Numbered from the stretch's first letter, positions 1 to 10,525 are shown. The stretch is 64,000 bases of DNA from an uncultured Gemmatimonadales bacterium (GCA_963708135.1 OY970192.1:5344001-5408000), one strand, 5' to 3'. Program-made: numbers and translations. The notes: generated from the letters alone by a model not told the origin.

Positions 1-1787
1 CGGCGCGTTCGACCCCGTCGCCCGTACGCTCGACGTGCGCCGCATCGCCTCCGGCCGCGGGCGTTACGACATCCCGAACATCGGCATCGTGCTCTGGCGC
101 CTCGCCCCCTACGACGTCGAGTCCGCCGTGCCGAGCCCCGATGCGTCCGCGCCCGACCGCAACTTCCACTTCGACCCCGTCGGGCTCGACGTGCCGCTCT
201 TCAACCCGCCGCGCGTACAGGCCGACGAGCGCGACCCCGTAACCGACCTGAACGTGCCCGACCCGCTGCGGCGCCGGCCGCTGGCACGCGAGCTGAACGC
301 CCGCCGCGCCGCGCTCGTGAACGGCGACGACATCCGCGCCCGCTTCTTCGCGCAGGACGCGCCCTTCGCCGTCTCCGTCGGCGGCGTGCGCGTGCCCGAC
401 GACCAGGTGCTGATCTGCGACCTGTTCAACCTGGCGCGCCATCCCCGCCACCCGCGACTACCTGCGCCGCAGCGACGTCACCATGGTGCCGCGCGCCATC
501 GGCGCCGCCGTCGACCCGGAGCTCGGCCGCTTCGCGTTCCCCGCCGCCGTCAACCCCGAGGACGTACGCGTCTCCTACACGTACGCCTTCCCCGCCGACC
601 TCGGCGGCGGGCCGTACGACCGGACGGCATCCATCGTGGAATGGCTCGACCCGGTCGCTCGCCCGGTCGATTTCCAGGTCGGCGTGAGCGCCGATCCCGC
701 CGAGGTCGGAAGTTCCAGCCCGCCCGACAGCATCGTGGTCGACACGGTGGCCGCGGCGCTCGCCGAGTGGAAGACGCACGTCGCCGCGAACCCGGGCGCG
801 TTCGGTGTCATCGCCATCATGGACAGCGCCACGTACGGCGAGGTGCTGACCGGCACCGACCGCGTCGAGGTCCCCGCCGGCGCGCGCCTCGCCATCGTCG
901 CCGCGGGCTGGCCGCGCTTCGATGCCGCGGGACCCGGCGGCCCGTTCCGCCCGCGCGCCGGGCTGACCGCCAGCGGGCTGCGCCCGCATCTGCGCGGCGC
1001 CGTCTCCATCTGCGGCACCCCCGCGCCCGACGAGGTGCTGCCCGACGGCTCGACCCGCCGGCGCCTGCCAGGTGAGTTGATCCTCGATGGGCTGCTCGTG
1101 GAGGGGGACGTGCGCGTGCTGGTCGGCAGCCTCGGCCGGCTCGAGATCTGCCACACCACGCTCGTGCCCGGCGCCGGCACCTTCGCCGTGAACGGCTCCG
1201 TGCAGCCGGACCTCCAGAACGCCCAGCTGGCGGTCGTGCTCGAGCACGCCATCGCCGGCGCGCTGACGCTGCCGGACTCGGTCCCCTCGCTCGTGATCGG
1301 CCGGTCCATCGTGGACGGCCCCGTCGCCGCGCCCGGCGCGCACCTCGAGGTCGAGGCCGCCACGCTGCTCGAGACGGTCGATGCGCTCGAGCTCGACGCG
1401 AGCGACGCACTGTTCGCCGAGCCGGTCACCGTCACGCGCCGGCAGAGCGGCTGCGTGCGCTACTCCTTCGTGCCGTCCGGCTCCGGCACGCCGCGCCGCT
1501 TCCGCTGCCAGCCGGACCTGGCGGTGAGCGGGCTCGCGGATCCCGCGCTGGCGGCGGAGACGCGCCGTCGCCTCGTGCCGACGTTCACCTCGCTGACCTA
1601 TGGACAGCCGGCGTACGCGCGGCTCGCGCGGCGCTGTGCGGTCGAGATCCGGACAGGCGCCGACGATGGCGCGGAGATGGGTGCGTTCAACCTGGTGAAG
1701 CAGCCTCCCCGTGAGGCCAACCTGCGGCTGCGGCTGCGCGAGCATCTTCGCGTCGGGCTCGAGGCCGGGTTTTTCTACCAGACCTGA
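1..1787 (+). pseudogene. Phage-tail/baseplate-associated protein of a DUF6519-type locus; 5' end outside the window; +1 frameshift near 425-431
   Basis: One frame reads GAFDPVARTLDVRR..GRYDIPNIGIVLWRL..ICDL and continues in the next frame as WRAIP..AVDPELGRF..GCVRYSFVP..PRRFRCQP..YGQPAYARL..GAEMGAF. These motifs are typical of the protein encoded just upstream of DUF6519 genes. May be a sequencing indel. Confidence 0.6.
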
Positions 1788-1810
1788 AGCTCGCGGCTTC
1801 GGAGGTTGTC

Positions 1811-4800
1811 ATGAAGGGCGATTTCAGCCGGCTCACGTACGATCGCGCCAAACGCTACACCGCCGTGCTCCAGCAGCAGGGCCGCGTCCTGAGCGATGCG
1901 GACTGGAACGAGGCCGAGGCCATCGAGGGCGGCCGCATCGAGCAGCTCGCCGCCGAGACCATCGGCCCGACCGGCGCGCCCAGGGCCGATGCCGGCTTCG
2001 GCATCACCCCCGCTGGCGGCGACTTCGCGATCGGCCACGGCCGCTACTGGGTCAACGGCATCGCGTGCGCGAACCCCGCCGACACGACCTACTCCGCGCA
2101 GCCCGACTTCCCGGCAGCCACCCTGCCGCCGCCCGAGGGCGCCGGGCTCTACATCGCGTACCTCAATGTCTGGCACCGCCACATCACCGCGCTCGACGAC
2201 CCGGAGATCCGCGAGCCCGCCCTCGGCGGCCCCGACACGACCACCCGCCTGCGCACCGTCGCGCAGGTCCGCCTCATGCGCCTCGGCGATGCCGATGCCG
2301 GCGCCACCTGCGAGGCGACGCTGCCTCTCTGGCGCGCCGCGCTCGACCAGCCGCGCGGCACCCTCACCGCCCGCCTCGGGCCGACGAGCGCGAACCCCGA
2401 CCCCTGCGAGCTGCCCCCCGGCGCCGGCTTCCGCGGCCTCGAGAACCAGCTCTACCGCGTCGAGGTCCACGAGGGCGCCGAGACCCTCGCCAGCGCGCGC
2501 TTCAAGTGGTCCCGCGACAATGGGACCGTGCTCGCCGACATCACGCAGTTCGACGCCACCGGCGTCTTCGTCAACGACCTCGGCCCCGACGACGTGCTCG
2601 GCTTCGCGCCCGGCCAGTGGGCCGAGATCGTCAACGAGCGCTCCGAGCTGCTCGCCGGACGTGGCCAGCTCGTGCAGCTCGGCGCCGTGAACCCCGACAC
2701 GCTGCGCATCGAGATCGTCGGCGCGCTCACCGCCGTGCCGCTCGACCGCAAGCCCAGGCTCCGCCGCTGGGACCAGACCGGCACCGCCGCCACCGGCGAT
2801 GGCGTCGCCGCCGCGCTGCTCGCCCCCGCGAACACCGAGTTGGGCCTCGTGCTCGAGGACGGCGTCGAGGTCGTGCTCACCGACGGCGTCTACCGCGACG
2901 GCGACTTCTGGCTGATCCCCGCCCGCACCGCGCTCGGCGGCTCGACCGGCTCCCTCGACTGGCCGAGCGATCCCGGCACCAGTGATCCGCTGCCGCAGGA
3001 GCCGCACGGCATCGAGCACCACTACGCGCCGCTCGCCGTGGTCAGCTTCGACGGCGCCGACTTCTTCCCTGCCGACCCGCCGGACTGCCGCCAGTTCTTC
3101 CCCTCCCTCACCACCCTCGCGGCGTCCGACGTCTCCTTCGACGACGCCGTCTGCGCGCTCGACGGCGCCACCACCGTGCAGGAGGCGCTCGACGCGCTGT
3201 GCGGCATCGCCAACCACGACGACCTGCGCCTCCACAACCGCATGCTGCACGGCTCCGGCGTGGTGTGCGGGCTCAAGGTGGTGTGCAACGCGGACCGAAC
3301 GCAGGTGCGCGTGAGGGAGGGGTACGCCCTCGACTGCGAGGGGTACGGCGTCAGCGTGGCGGCGCCCGGCCCCCTCGTCGACGTGGTCGCCACGGCCGAG
3401 ACCATGCAGCTCCTCGACGGCGCCGGCGCGGGCGAGGTGCTGGTGGCGCTCGCGCGCGATCCCGCCACCGGCGACCCCGTGCTCACCATCGAGCCCTACC
3501 AGGCGCAGACGCTGTGGGAGGAGGTCCTCGAGGGATCGCTCCTCAAGGACTACTACGACAATGCCATCAAGGGGCTGATCGACTTCTTCAGGAACGAGCT
3601 CTTCCCCGTCGCGACCTCGGGCGTGCCCGTGCCCGAGCGCAACCGCCGCCTCATCGCGGTGCTCAACCTCATCATCCAGCTCGTCAACCCGTCCAGCGGC
3701 CGCTACGTCTTCCTCTCGCGTGCCGAGCACGACCTGCTGCGCGGCTTCTACGACCGGCTCAAGGACCTCATCCGCAGCGACACCTTCTGCGGCCTCTTCG
3801 ACCTCGACCACGACTTCCCGGATTACCCCTACCCGGCGCCCGACCCCGAGGGGATCCGCACCGCGTTCGGCCTCATCCGCCTCCACCACCGCCTGAAGCT
3901 GCACCCCACGCGCAACTGGGCCTACACCTGCGGCACCGGCAACGCCATCAACGTGTTCGACATCGACACCGGCGAGATGATCGCGGACCTCGTCTTCCCG
4001 GCCAACGTGCAGCTCGACGTGCAGGACGTCGCCGTCTCGAGCGACGGCTCGACGCTCCACGCCGTCGCCATCCTCCAGGGCGCCTCGCCGCGAGACGCCG
4101 TCTTCGCCCGCGCCTCTATCGCGGCGGACGGCACCCACACCTGGGACCCGAAGACCACCAACGTCTGCGACTACGAGTTCGTCGCCCTCGCCACCAGCGC
4201 ACTCAAGCCCGGCCGCCTCCTCGCCCTCGCCCGCAGCCGCGGCCTCTACGACCTCGACCCGAGCGCCATCTCCCCCGTGCCCGGCGTCGCCGTGCCCTCC
4301 TTCAATGCGACCGGGCTGCTCGCCCTCTCCGCCGACGGCCACTTCGCCTTCGCCGCCGAGAGCACCGCCGCCGCGGTCGGCAGCATCGTCGCCGACTTCA
4401 CCCGCCTGCGCCGCATCGACCTGACCGCGATGGCCGCCGCGCCCGTGTTCTACAACGTCGCCGGCACCGACCTCGAGAACGACGCGCTGCTCGACGGCAC
4501 CACCCTCTGGGTCACCGGCGATCCGCAGCCCGGCCAGACCAAGACCCTCTGGTCCCTCGACATGAACACCGCCGCGCAGGTGCACCCGCCCACGGACCTG
4601 CTCGTCGACACCCTCAACCGCCTCGCCGCCGTGCCCGCGCACGATGCGCTGCTCGTCACCCTCGCCGACCGCTACCTCGCGCACCGGTTCCAGCTCAGCA
4701 ACGCCGCGGCGACGGCGACCTTCCGCGTGCCGCTCCAGATCATGCCGCTCGACCTCGCCACCGCGGCCGACGGGACGACCGTCGTCGCGGCCAATTTCGC

Positions 4801-5185
4801 GAGCAGCACGCTCAACCTCATCGACACCGACTTCGTCCTCGCCGGCGCGCCGCCGCCGTCCTACACGATCGATCCGCCATCCTCGCTGCGGCAGTACCGG
4901 GAGGACATCCTCGTGGCCTTCGGCGACTTGCTCGGCCACCTGCTGTTCTACCTGAAGGACAGGTTCTGCGATCAGTTCCTGATCGAGTGCCCCACCTGCG
5001 GCAGGGACGAGCGGGTGATCCTCGGCGCCGTGCAGATCAAGGGGCGCAAGGTGTACAAAATCTGCAACTTCACGAAGCGCCACTATGTGAAGTCGTTCGA
5101 CACCTACGGGTACTGGCTGTCAACCGTGCCCGTGATCCCGCTCGCGAAGCGCCTGTTCGCGCGCTTCTGCTGCTGGGTCTTCTAG
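1811..5185 (+). CDS. DUF6519 domain protein (fibre/baseplate-like) with an internal beta-propeller-like region
   Basis: MKGDFSR..QQGRVLSDADWNE, GGPDTTTR, GLENQLYRVEVH, FKWSRDNG, GDFWLIPART and HHYAPLA motifs; GGAGG RBS. Confidence 0.8.
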   Translation: MKGDFSRLTYDRAKRYTAVLQQQGRVLSDADWNEAEAIEGGRIEQLAAETIGPTGAPRADAGFGITPAGGDFAIGHGRYWVNGIACANPADTTYSAQPDFPAATLPPPEGAGLYIAYLNVWHRHITALDDPEIREPALGGPDTTTRLRTVAQVRLMRLGDADAGATCEATLPLWRAALDQPRGTLTARLGPTSANPDPCELPPGAGFRGLENQLYRVEVHEGAETLASARFKWSRDNGTVLADITQFDATGVFVNDLGPDDVLGFAPGQWAEIVNERSELLAGRGQLVQLGAVNPDTLRIEIVGALTAVPLDRKPRLRRWDQTGTAATGDGVAAALLAPANTELGLVLEDGVEVVLTDGVYRDGDFWLIPARTALGGSTGSLDWPSDPGTSDPLPQEPHGIEHHYAPLAVVSFDGADFFPADPPDCRQFFPSLTTLAASDVSFDDAVCALDGATTVQEALDALCGIANHDDLRLHNRMLHGSGVVCGLKVVCNADRTQVRVREGYALDCEGYGVSVAAPGPLVDVVATAETMQLLDGAGAGEVLVALARDPATGDPVLTIEPYQAQTLWEEVLEGSLLKDYYDNAIKGLIDFFRNELFPVATSGVPVPERNRRLIAVLNLIIQLVNPSSGRYVFLSRAEHDLLRGFYDRLKDLIRSDTFCGLFDLDHDFPDYPYPAPDPEGIRTAFGLIRLHHRLKLHPTRNWAYTCGTGNAINVFDIDTGEMIADLVFPANVQLDVQDVAVSSDGSTLHAVAILQGASPRDAVFARASIAADGTHTWDPKTTNVCDYEFVALATSALKPGRLLALARSRGLYDLDPSAISPVPGVAVPSFNATGLLALSADGHFAFAAESTAAAVGSIVADFTRLRRIDLTAMAAAPVFYNVAGTDLENDALLDGTTLWVTGDPQPGQTKTLWSLDMNTAAQVHPPTDLLVDTLNRLAAVPAHDALLVTLADRYLAHRFQLSNAAATATFRVPLQIMPLDLATAADGTTVVAANFASSTLNLIDTDFVLAGAPPPSYTIDPPSSLRQYREDILVAFGDLLGHLLFYLKDRFCDQFLIECPTCGRDERVILGAVQIKGRKVYKICNFTKRHYVKSFDTYGYWLSTVPVIPLAKRLFARFCCWVF

Positions 5186-5205
5186 CTTCCGCGAGAGAGG
5201 GCGCC

Positions 5206-6312
5206 ATGGCCGAATTCGAGATCGTCGGCACCGTCGTCGAGCGCGGCACGCAGCACGGCGTGCAGGGGCTGCGCGTCGAGGCGTGGGACCGCGACACGAA
5301 GTACCACGACATGCTCGGCTCCACCATCACCGACGGCGCGGGCCGCTTCCAGATCCGCTTCACCGACCAGTACTTCGGGGACTCCGCGCCCGACCGGCTG
5401 CCCGACGTCTTCTTCCGCGTGTTCCGCGACGAGACGCTGGTGCTGAGCACGCAGGATCATCCGATGGAGAACCAGCCTGGGCCCGTGATACGCGTGCCCC
5501 TCGAGATCGACCCCCTGGTCGAGCCCCAAGCCGCCGCTGACCGCGTCAGCACCCTCACCACCATGAAGGCCGTCACCTTCTTCCGCACCTCCGATTTCCG
5601 CGGCGTCGGCCGCGAGGCCAACGACCGCGTGCGCAGCGCCGGCAGCCTCCTCGGCACCATGCTCGCCAACGGCTTCCGCCAGTGGGACTGGCAGCCGATC
5701 CAGGCCTCGGCCGTCCGGAAGTCCGACGTGGTCGGCCAGGACACCGAGACCGCCCAGGCCCGCCTCGCCCAGCGGCAAATCGAGGTGGCCGCCGTCGAGC
5801 CGTTCAGCCCCACGCTCAGCCGCGACTCCGCCCGGCTCCTCACCGCCATGCCCGCCCGCCTCCAGCCCGGCGAGAAGGTCGTGCTCTACGAGCAGGACGG
5901 GCAGGTGAAGTACTACGCGCGCGTCACGGCTCGGCCCGTCGCCACCATCGACCAGCATGAGGTCCAGCGCATCGGCGGCGAGCTCGAGAACGTGAAGGGC
6001 CGGGTCGCCCAGGTCGACACGCTCCGCACCGAGGTCGAGAGCCTCAAGGCGACAACCGAGCAGGAGCGCGGCACGACCGCCGCCGACCTCGAGTCCGTAC
6101 GCACCGACCTCTCCGACCTCGCCGAGCTCAAGCGCACGATCACCGCCATGCAGGCCGACCTCGACCAGCGCAACCAGACGATCGCCAACCTGCAGACCGA
6201 GCTGAACAACGTGAAGGCCTCGCAGGCGCGCATCGAGCAGACCGACATCCTGCAGCGCGTCAGCTCACTCGAATCGAAGGTGAGGACGAGCGGCCCGGGG
6301 AACAACGGCTAG
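5206..6312 (+). CDS. Hypothetical protein: N-terminal transthyretin/carboxypeptidase-regulatory-like beta domain plus C-terminal coiled coil
   Basis: ATG 5206 after GAGAGG; GLRVEAWDRD..DMLGSTITDGAGRFQIRF..PDVFFRVF; heptad-rich C-terminus. Confidence 0.7.
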   Translation: MAEFEIVGTVVERGTQHGVQGLRVEAWDRDTKYHDMLGSTITDGAGRFQIRFTDQYFGDSAPDRLPDVFFRVFRDETLVLSTQDHPMENQPGPVIRVPLEIDPLVEPQAAADRVSTLTTMKAVTFFRTSDFRGVGREANDRVRSAGSLLGTMLANGFRQWDWQPIQASAVRKSDVVGQDTETAQARLAQRQIEVAAVEPFSPTLSRDSARLLTAMPARLQPGEKVVLYEQDGQVKYYARVTARPVATIDQHEVQRIGGELENVKGRVAQVDTLRTEVESLKATTEQERGTTAADLESVRTDLSDLAELKRTITAMQADLDQRNQTIANLQTELNNVKASQARIEQTDILQRVSSLESKVRTSGPGNNG

Positions 6313-6354
6313 CCCCCGCGGGGCGTCGGCGGCGCGACCGAAAGGAGACGTGCG

Positions 6355-9300
6355 ATGGCACTCGTCACGACCGGGCTCACCAACGGTGGAGCGACCACCC
6401 ACTACCGTTTCCAGTACGACGATTCCCTCGCCGGTGCCGGTGGCCCGGAGCCGGCGCGGACGAACACCATGATCGCCGCGTGTGAGGACGACTTCGACCT
6501 CATGTCCGGCTGGTTCGGCAACATCGCCCTGACCGTTGCCACCCCGATCACCGTCAATGTCGTGCCGGGCGCCTATGCCAGCGCCGGCTGGGGGCCTCCG
6601 ATCACCCTGACACCGGGCAACGCCTCGGATGCGATCCTGTGTCGGTACCTGCTTGTCTCCGAGGTGACGGAGATGTTCATGCTCGCACAGAACGCGGGCT
6701 GGTTCGCCCCCGACGGCAGCAACGAGGGCAGCGCGGGCGAGGGCCTCTCGCGATTTCTCGCCTCCCGGTTCCTTGTATCCATCGGACAGCCCCCCGCAAT
6801 GCCGGGCTTCGGCCTCGCGAACAGCTGGATGAACAGCCCCCGCGATGACTTCGTCAACCACGTGGATCCGGGCGACCACGGGATCGACGCGAAGACGGGC
6901 TGCGCCATCCTCTTCATCTACTACCTCTTCACCCAGCTCGGCTTCACGATCGAGGAGATCGTCGCCGCGGCCGCCGACCAGCTCTCGAGCGTCTACGCCA
7001 ACCTCACCGGGGACGGGAGCGATCCCTTCCCGTTCTTCAAGCAGCTGCTCGACACCGCGTATCCCGGCACGACGACCATCGGCGGGGCCAACCCGGACGA
7101 TCCGTTCCCGCTGGGCATCCTCTCGTTCTGGGTGGGCAAGAGCACCTTCGGCAGGGACGAGGTCCAGGACGTCGTCGCCTCCGCGAGCAACGGCACGTTC
7201 CCGAACGCCTACTGGCTCGTGCTGGAGGGCTTCAACCGGAAGGGGTTCACCGGCCTCGGCGTGGCCGCGCCGGCCTTCTCCGGCCCGTTCGCCGGCCTCC
7301 CCGGCCTCACGCTCCCCGCCGACAGCTCCGGCGTGGCCTTCGAGACCGCCGACACCCGGGTCCCGCAGCGCATTCGCTTTCCCTTCGACATCCGCTTCGC
7401 CAGCGCGACTCTGAACTCGTTCCCCGCGCCGGGTGAGGCACCGCTCCAGGAGACACTCCAGGCGGTGGTCGACGCGGGCGGCTCTCCGCTGCACGGCGCT
7501 TCGGCCATCACCGAGTTCGAGCTGGTCTCGGGCGCCGATCCCTACTTCACGGACATCGATCCGGCGCAGAACAACGTCTTCTGGCTCAGCCGCGACCTCC
7601 GCGTGTTCACCGCGTCGCCGAGCCTGAACGCCACGCCGGTTCCCGGCGCGCCGCCGGTCCCGGCCGACAGCTTCGCGGGCGCCTACGGCTACATCCAGAG
7701 CCTTCTGGCGTTCCTGAACAACCCCGCGAACCACTTCACCGACGGCTCGAACGATCCCTTCGCCTCGGGCGTCATCCCGGACCAGGCGGGGTCGCTGACG
7801 GGCGACTCGTCCGTGTCCCGGTACACCATCACCGGCTTCCCGCCCCAGTTCCACACCAACTATAACTTCGCCATCGCGAGAGTCCGCCTGCGCGGCACGG
7901 CCGGTCCGGCCGGGCAGGCGCAGAACGTCAGGGTCTTCTTCCGCCTGTGGTCAACCCAGACCGCCGACACAGGATTCGACCCGGGCTCGACTTACCTCAG
8001 TCACGTGGACGGCGGCCGGCCCCACTGGCCGCTGCCCGCGCCCGACAGCCACACAATCCCCTTCTTCGCCGCGGGCAACGCTCCGGATCTCGCTGATCCC
8101 AACAACCCCGAATACGGGAGCGGAGGCGTCAACAACCGGACGATCACCATCGCGTCGGGCGACGACGCCTGGGCGTACTTCGGCTGTTTCCTCAACGTGT
8201 ACGACCCCGCGAACGTGGTGAACGGCTCGCAGGTACAGGCACTCCTCGCCGGCACGCACCACTGCCTCGTCGCCGAGATCGCCTACGACAATGCGCCGAT
8301 CGTCAACGCCAACGGCGTCGTCGTCAACCCGGAGCGCTCCGACAAGCTCGCGCAGCGCAACCTGCAGCTGACGTATGCGGACAATCCGGGCCCGGCGGAC
8401 ACGCATCGCGTGCCGCAGACCTTCGAGCTGTCTCCCGCGCCGGCAATGGTGGCCGCTGCCGGCGCGCTGCTCGACTATCCCGACGAGCTGATGATCGATT
8501 GGGGACGGACACCGGCCGGGACGATCGCGCACATCTTCTGGCCGCAGATCGACGCCACAAAGGTGCTGGACCTGGCGAACCGCTTCTACGGCGCGCATCT
8601 GCTCTCCGCGTCCGACGCCCGCACTGTCAACTGCCGGGTGACGCATGGCGTGAGCTACGTCCCCATCCCGCCGGGGACCACCCAGAACATCGCCGGCCTG
8701 CTCACGGTGGATCTGCCGCAGACCGTCACGGTCGGCCAGGAGTTCGACATCGTCGTGCGCCGCGTCTCTACCCGCCGCTTCCGACAGGTGCCCATCGAGA
8801 CCAAGCGCGGCCTGCCGGTGCGCACCCACCTGCAGACACGCGGAAACGGCCCAGCCACCGAGTCTGGCGAGATCGAGGAGAACCGGGAGCCCCGCGTCAT
8901 CCCGCCGATGCGGAACTGGCGCTACGTCGCCGGGACCTTCCAGGTGAAGATCCCCGTGACCACCCCGCAGGTCATGCTCCGCCCCGACCAGGACGCCCTG
9001 GCGGTGATGAAGTGGCGACTGCAGGCCATGTCTCCTTCCAACCGCTGGCACCCCGTCATCGAGCGCTACGTCCAGTACCTCACCGCCCGGATCACGGGGC
9101 TCGGCGGCGACCCCGACGCGATTCCCCCCTCGCCCAGCGGTGCTCCGGTGACGCCGCACGGCGGGAAGCACCGGGTCCAGCACACCGGGAAGGTCGTCGA
9201 GATCGTCTATGATTGCTACGGCCACTTCGAGGGGTTCGTGCTGAGCGAGTGCGGCGAGCTCCGCACCTTCTGGACGCGAGAGGCTGGCGTCGAACGGATC

Positions 9301-9399
9301 GCGCTGCGGGCCTGCCGCGCACACCTGCTGCTGTCCGTCTACGTCGAAGCCGGACATCCGAACGACGGTCGGATCGCCAGGCTGGTCATCCGATGCTGA
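6355..9399 (+). CDS. Large multidomain hypothetical protein, possible cargo/effector
   Basis: 1014-aa ORF with AGGAG RBS and coding-like codon usage; no signal peptide evident. Confidence 0.7.
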   Translation: MALVTTGLTNGGATTHYRFQYDDSLAGAGGPEPARTNTMIAACEDDFDLMSGWFGNIALTVATPITVNVVPGAYASAGWGPPITLTPGNASDAILCRYLLVSEVTEMFMLAQNAGWFAPDGSNEGSAGEGLSRFLASRFLVSIGQPPAMPGFGLANSWMNSPRDDFVNHVDPGDHGIDAKTGCAILFIYYLFTQLGFTIEEIVAAAADQLSSVYANLTGDGSDPFPFFKQLLDTAYPGTTTIGGANPDDPFPLGILSFWVGKSTFGRDEVQDVVASASNGTFPNAYWLVLEGFNRKGFTGLGVAAPAFSGPFAGLPGLTLPADSSGVAFETADTRVPQRIRFPFDIRFASATLNSFPAPGEAPLQETLQAVVDAGGSPLHGASAITEFELVSGADPYFTDIDPAQNNVFWLSRDLRVFTASPSLNATPVPGAPPVPADSFAGAYGYIQSLLAFLNNPANHFTDGSNDPFASGVIPDQAGSLTGDSSVSRYTITGFPPQFHTNYNFAIARVRLRGTAGPAGQAQNVRVFFRLWSTQTADTGFDPGSTYLSHVDGGRPHWPLPAPDSHTIPFFAAGNAPDLADPNNPEYGSGGVNNRTITIASGDDAWAYFGCFLNVYDPANVVNGSQVQALLAGTHHCLVAEIAYDNAPIVNANGVVVNPERSDKLAQRNLQLTYADNPGPADTHRVPQTFELSPAPAMVAAAGALLDYPDELMIDWGRTPAGTIAHIFWPQIDATKVLDLANRFYGAHLLSASDARTVNCRVTHGVSYVPIPPGTTQNIAGLLTVDLPQTVTVGQEFDIVVRRVSTRRFRQVPIETKRGLPVRTHLQTRGNGPATESGEIEENREPRVIPPMRNWRYVAGTFQVKIPVTTPQVMLRPDQDALAVMKWRLQAMSPSNRWHPVIERYVQYLTARITGLGGDPDAIPPSPSGAPVTPHGGKHRVQHTGKVVEIVYDCYGHFEGFVLSECGELRTFWTREAGVERIALRACRAHLLLSVYVEAGHPNDGRIARLVIRC

Positions 9400-9494
9400 T
9401 GCCCACCGCCGGATGACGGTCGAGGCCCCGATCGCGTGGAATGCGACCGGGGCCTCGAGTCAGGAGAGTCGGGAGGGCGGCCCTTCCGCCGGCC

Positions 9495-9980
9495 TCACTG
9501 TGTGGGCGCTGCCAGGTTGCCGCACGCCACGGTCATGTCGCCGTTGGCGGCCGACGCCTGGACGCTCACGAAATAATCCCCCACCGTCGGCGTCCGAAGC
9601 TGAACGCGCGCCGACTCCGCACCCCGCCCATCGCCACCGATCTCGATGGCCTTGTAGGCCGAGCTCGACCCGAAGATGCCCTGGTCATTCCCGCACTGAC
9701 CGTAGTGCACCTCCCACGGGTGCACCCCGCCAGGCGAAGCGTTCGCCAGGCTGAGCCTCACGTTGGTGTTGCCGTCGTTGGAACCCGGCGCCATGGTGGC
9801 TTCGCCCGTCATCTGGACCGCGCCGGCGAGCGTCGCCGGGCTGGTGAGCGTCCCGTGCCAGCGCGAGTTGATGTTCGTGTCCTGCGCGTCGACCTGGACC
9901 GCCTGACTTCTGTGGAATGGGTTGCAGGCCCCAAGGGTGATCAGGGTCATGGCGAGAACGGAGACTTGAATGCGTTGCAT
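9495..9980 (-). CDS. SodC/CHRD-like lipoprotein
   Basis: Lipobox LGAC; HPWEVHYGQCG and VACGNL motifs; AGGAGG RBS. Confidence 0.65.
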   Translation of the reverse strand: MQRIQVSVLAMTLITLGACNPFHRSQAVQVDAQDTNINSRWHGTLTSPATLAGAVQMTGEATMAPGSNDGNTNVRLSLANASPGGVHPWEVHYGQCGNDQGIFGSSSAYKAIEIGGDGRGAESARVQLRTPTVGDYFVSVQASAANGDMTVACGNLAAPTQ

Positions 9981-10067
9981 GCGACCTCCTGGTCGGACGG
10001 TTCCTGATCCAGCCGCGTCGCGCGACCCGTGGACCTCGTCGCCCCGTATTGACCAGGTGATAAATAC

Positions 10068-10103
10068 AATGTAGCCGCTATTGACCGTTTGGTCAATAGC
10101 GGC
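10068..10103 (-). promoter_or_regulatory. Sigma70-like promoter (TTGACC-17-TACATT) overlapped by a 13-bp perfect inverted repeat (operator-like)
   Basis: gccgctattgacc-gttt-ggtcaatagcggc at 10074-10103; -35 at 10096-10091, -10 at 10073-10068. Confidence 0.6.
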
Positions 10104-10396
10104 GGCCGGTCCCGGTCGGCGGACACGCTGCTTCGGCGCGACACCGCCTGGCCGCCGCCAGCGATCGGTCTTGCCCGGGAGCTCTCCGGCGCAGCGCCGT
10201 CGGTCCGCTGGGCCCCGGACGGACGGCTCGTCCGCCCGCCGCGCCGCGTGCACAGAACTCCGCATCGCGGGCGCACGGCGATATTACAGGATTCCGCCGA
10301 TTCGTCGCCCTCATTCCCCGCGTAGATTGGAGCGTCCGCCGGCCGTGCACGCGACCGCTACCGTGACCCGGCCCGCCGGCTCACCGATCGCTCCAC

Positions 10397-10525
10397 AGGA
10401 GGCCGCCTGATCCGCGAAGTCCTGAACTGCAAGCCGGGCAACGTCCGGCCGATGGTGGAGAAGTTCCGCGTCCTGTCCCGCGCTGGAGGAGATGGGAGAG
10501 CCGCCGCTCCGTCTGCTGACTGAGG
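10397..10525 (+). pseudogene. Remnant of a small NIPSNAP-like protein N-terminus
   Basis: AGGAGG, then IREVLNCKPGNVRPMVEKFRVLS, a frameshift, then EMGEPPLRLLT; no start codon. Family recalled from memory. Confidence 0.4.
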
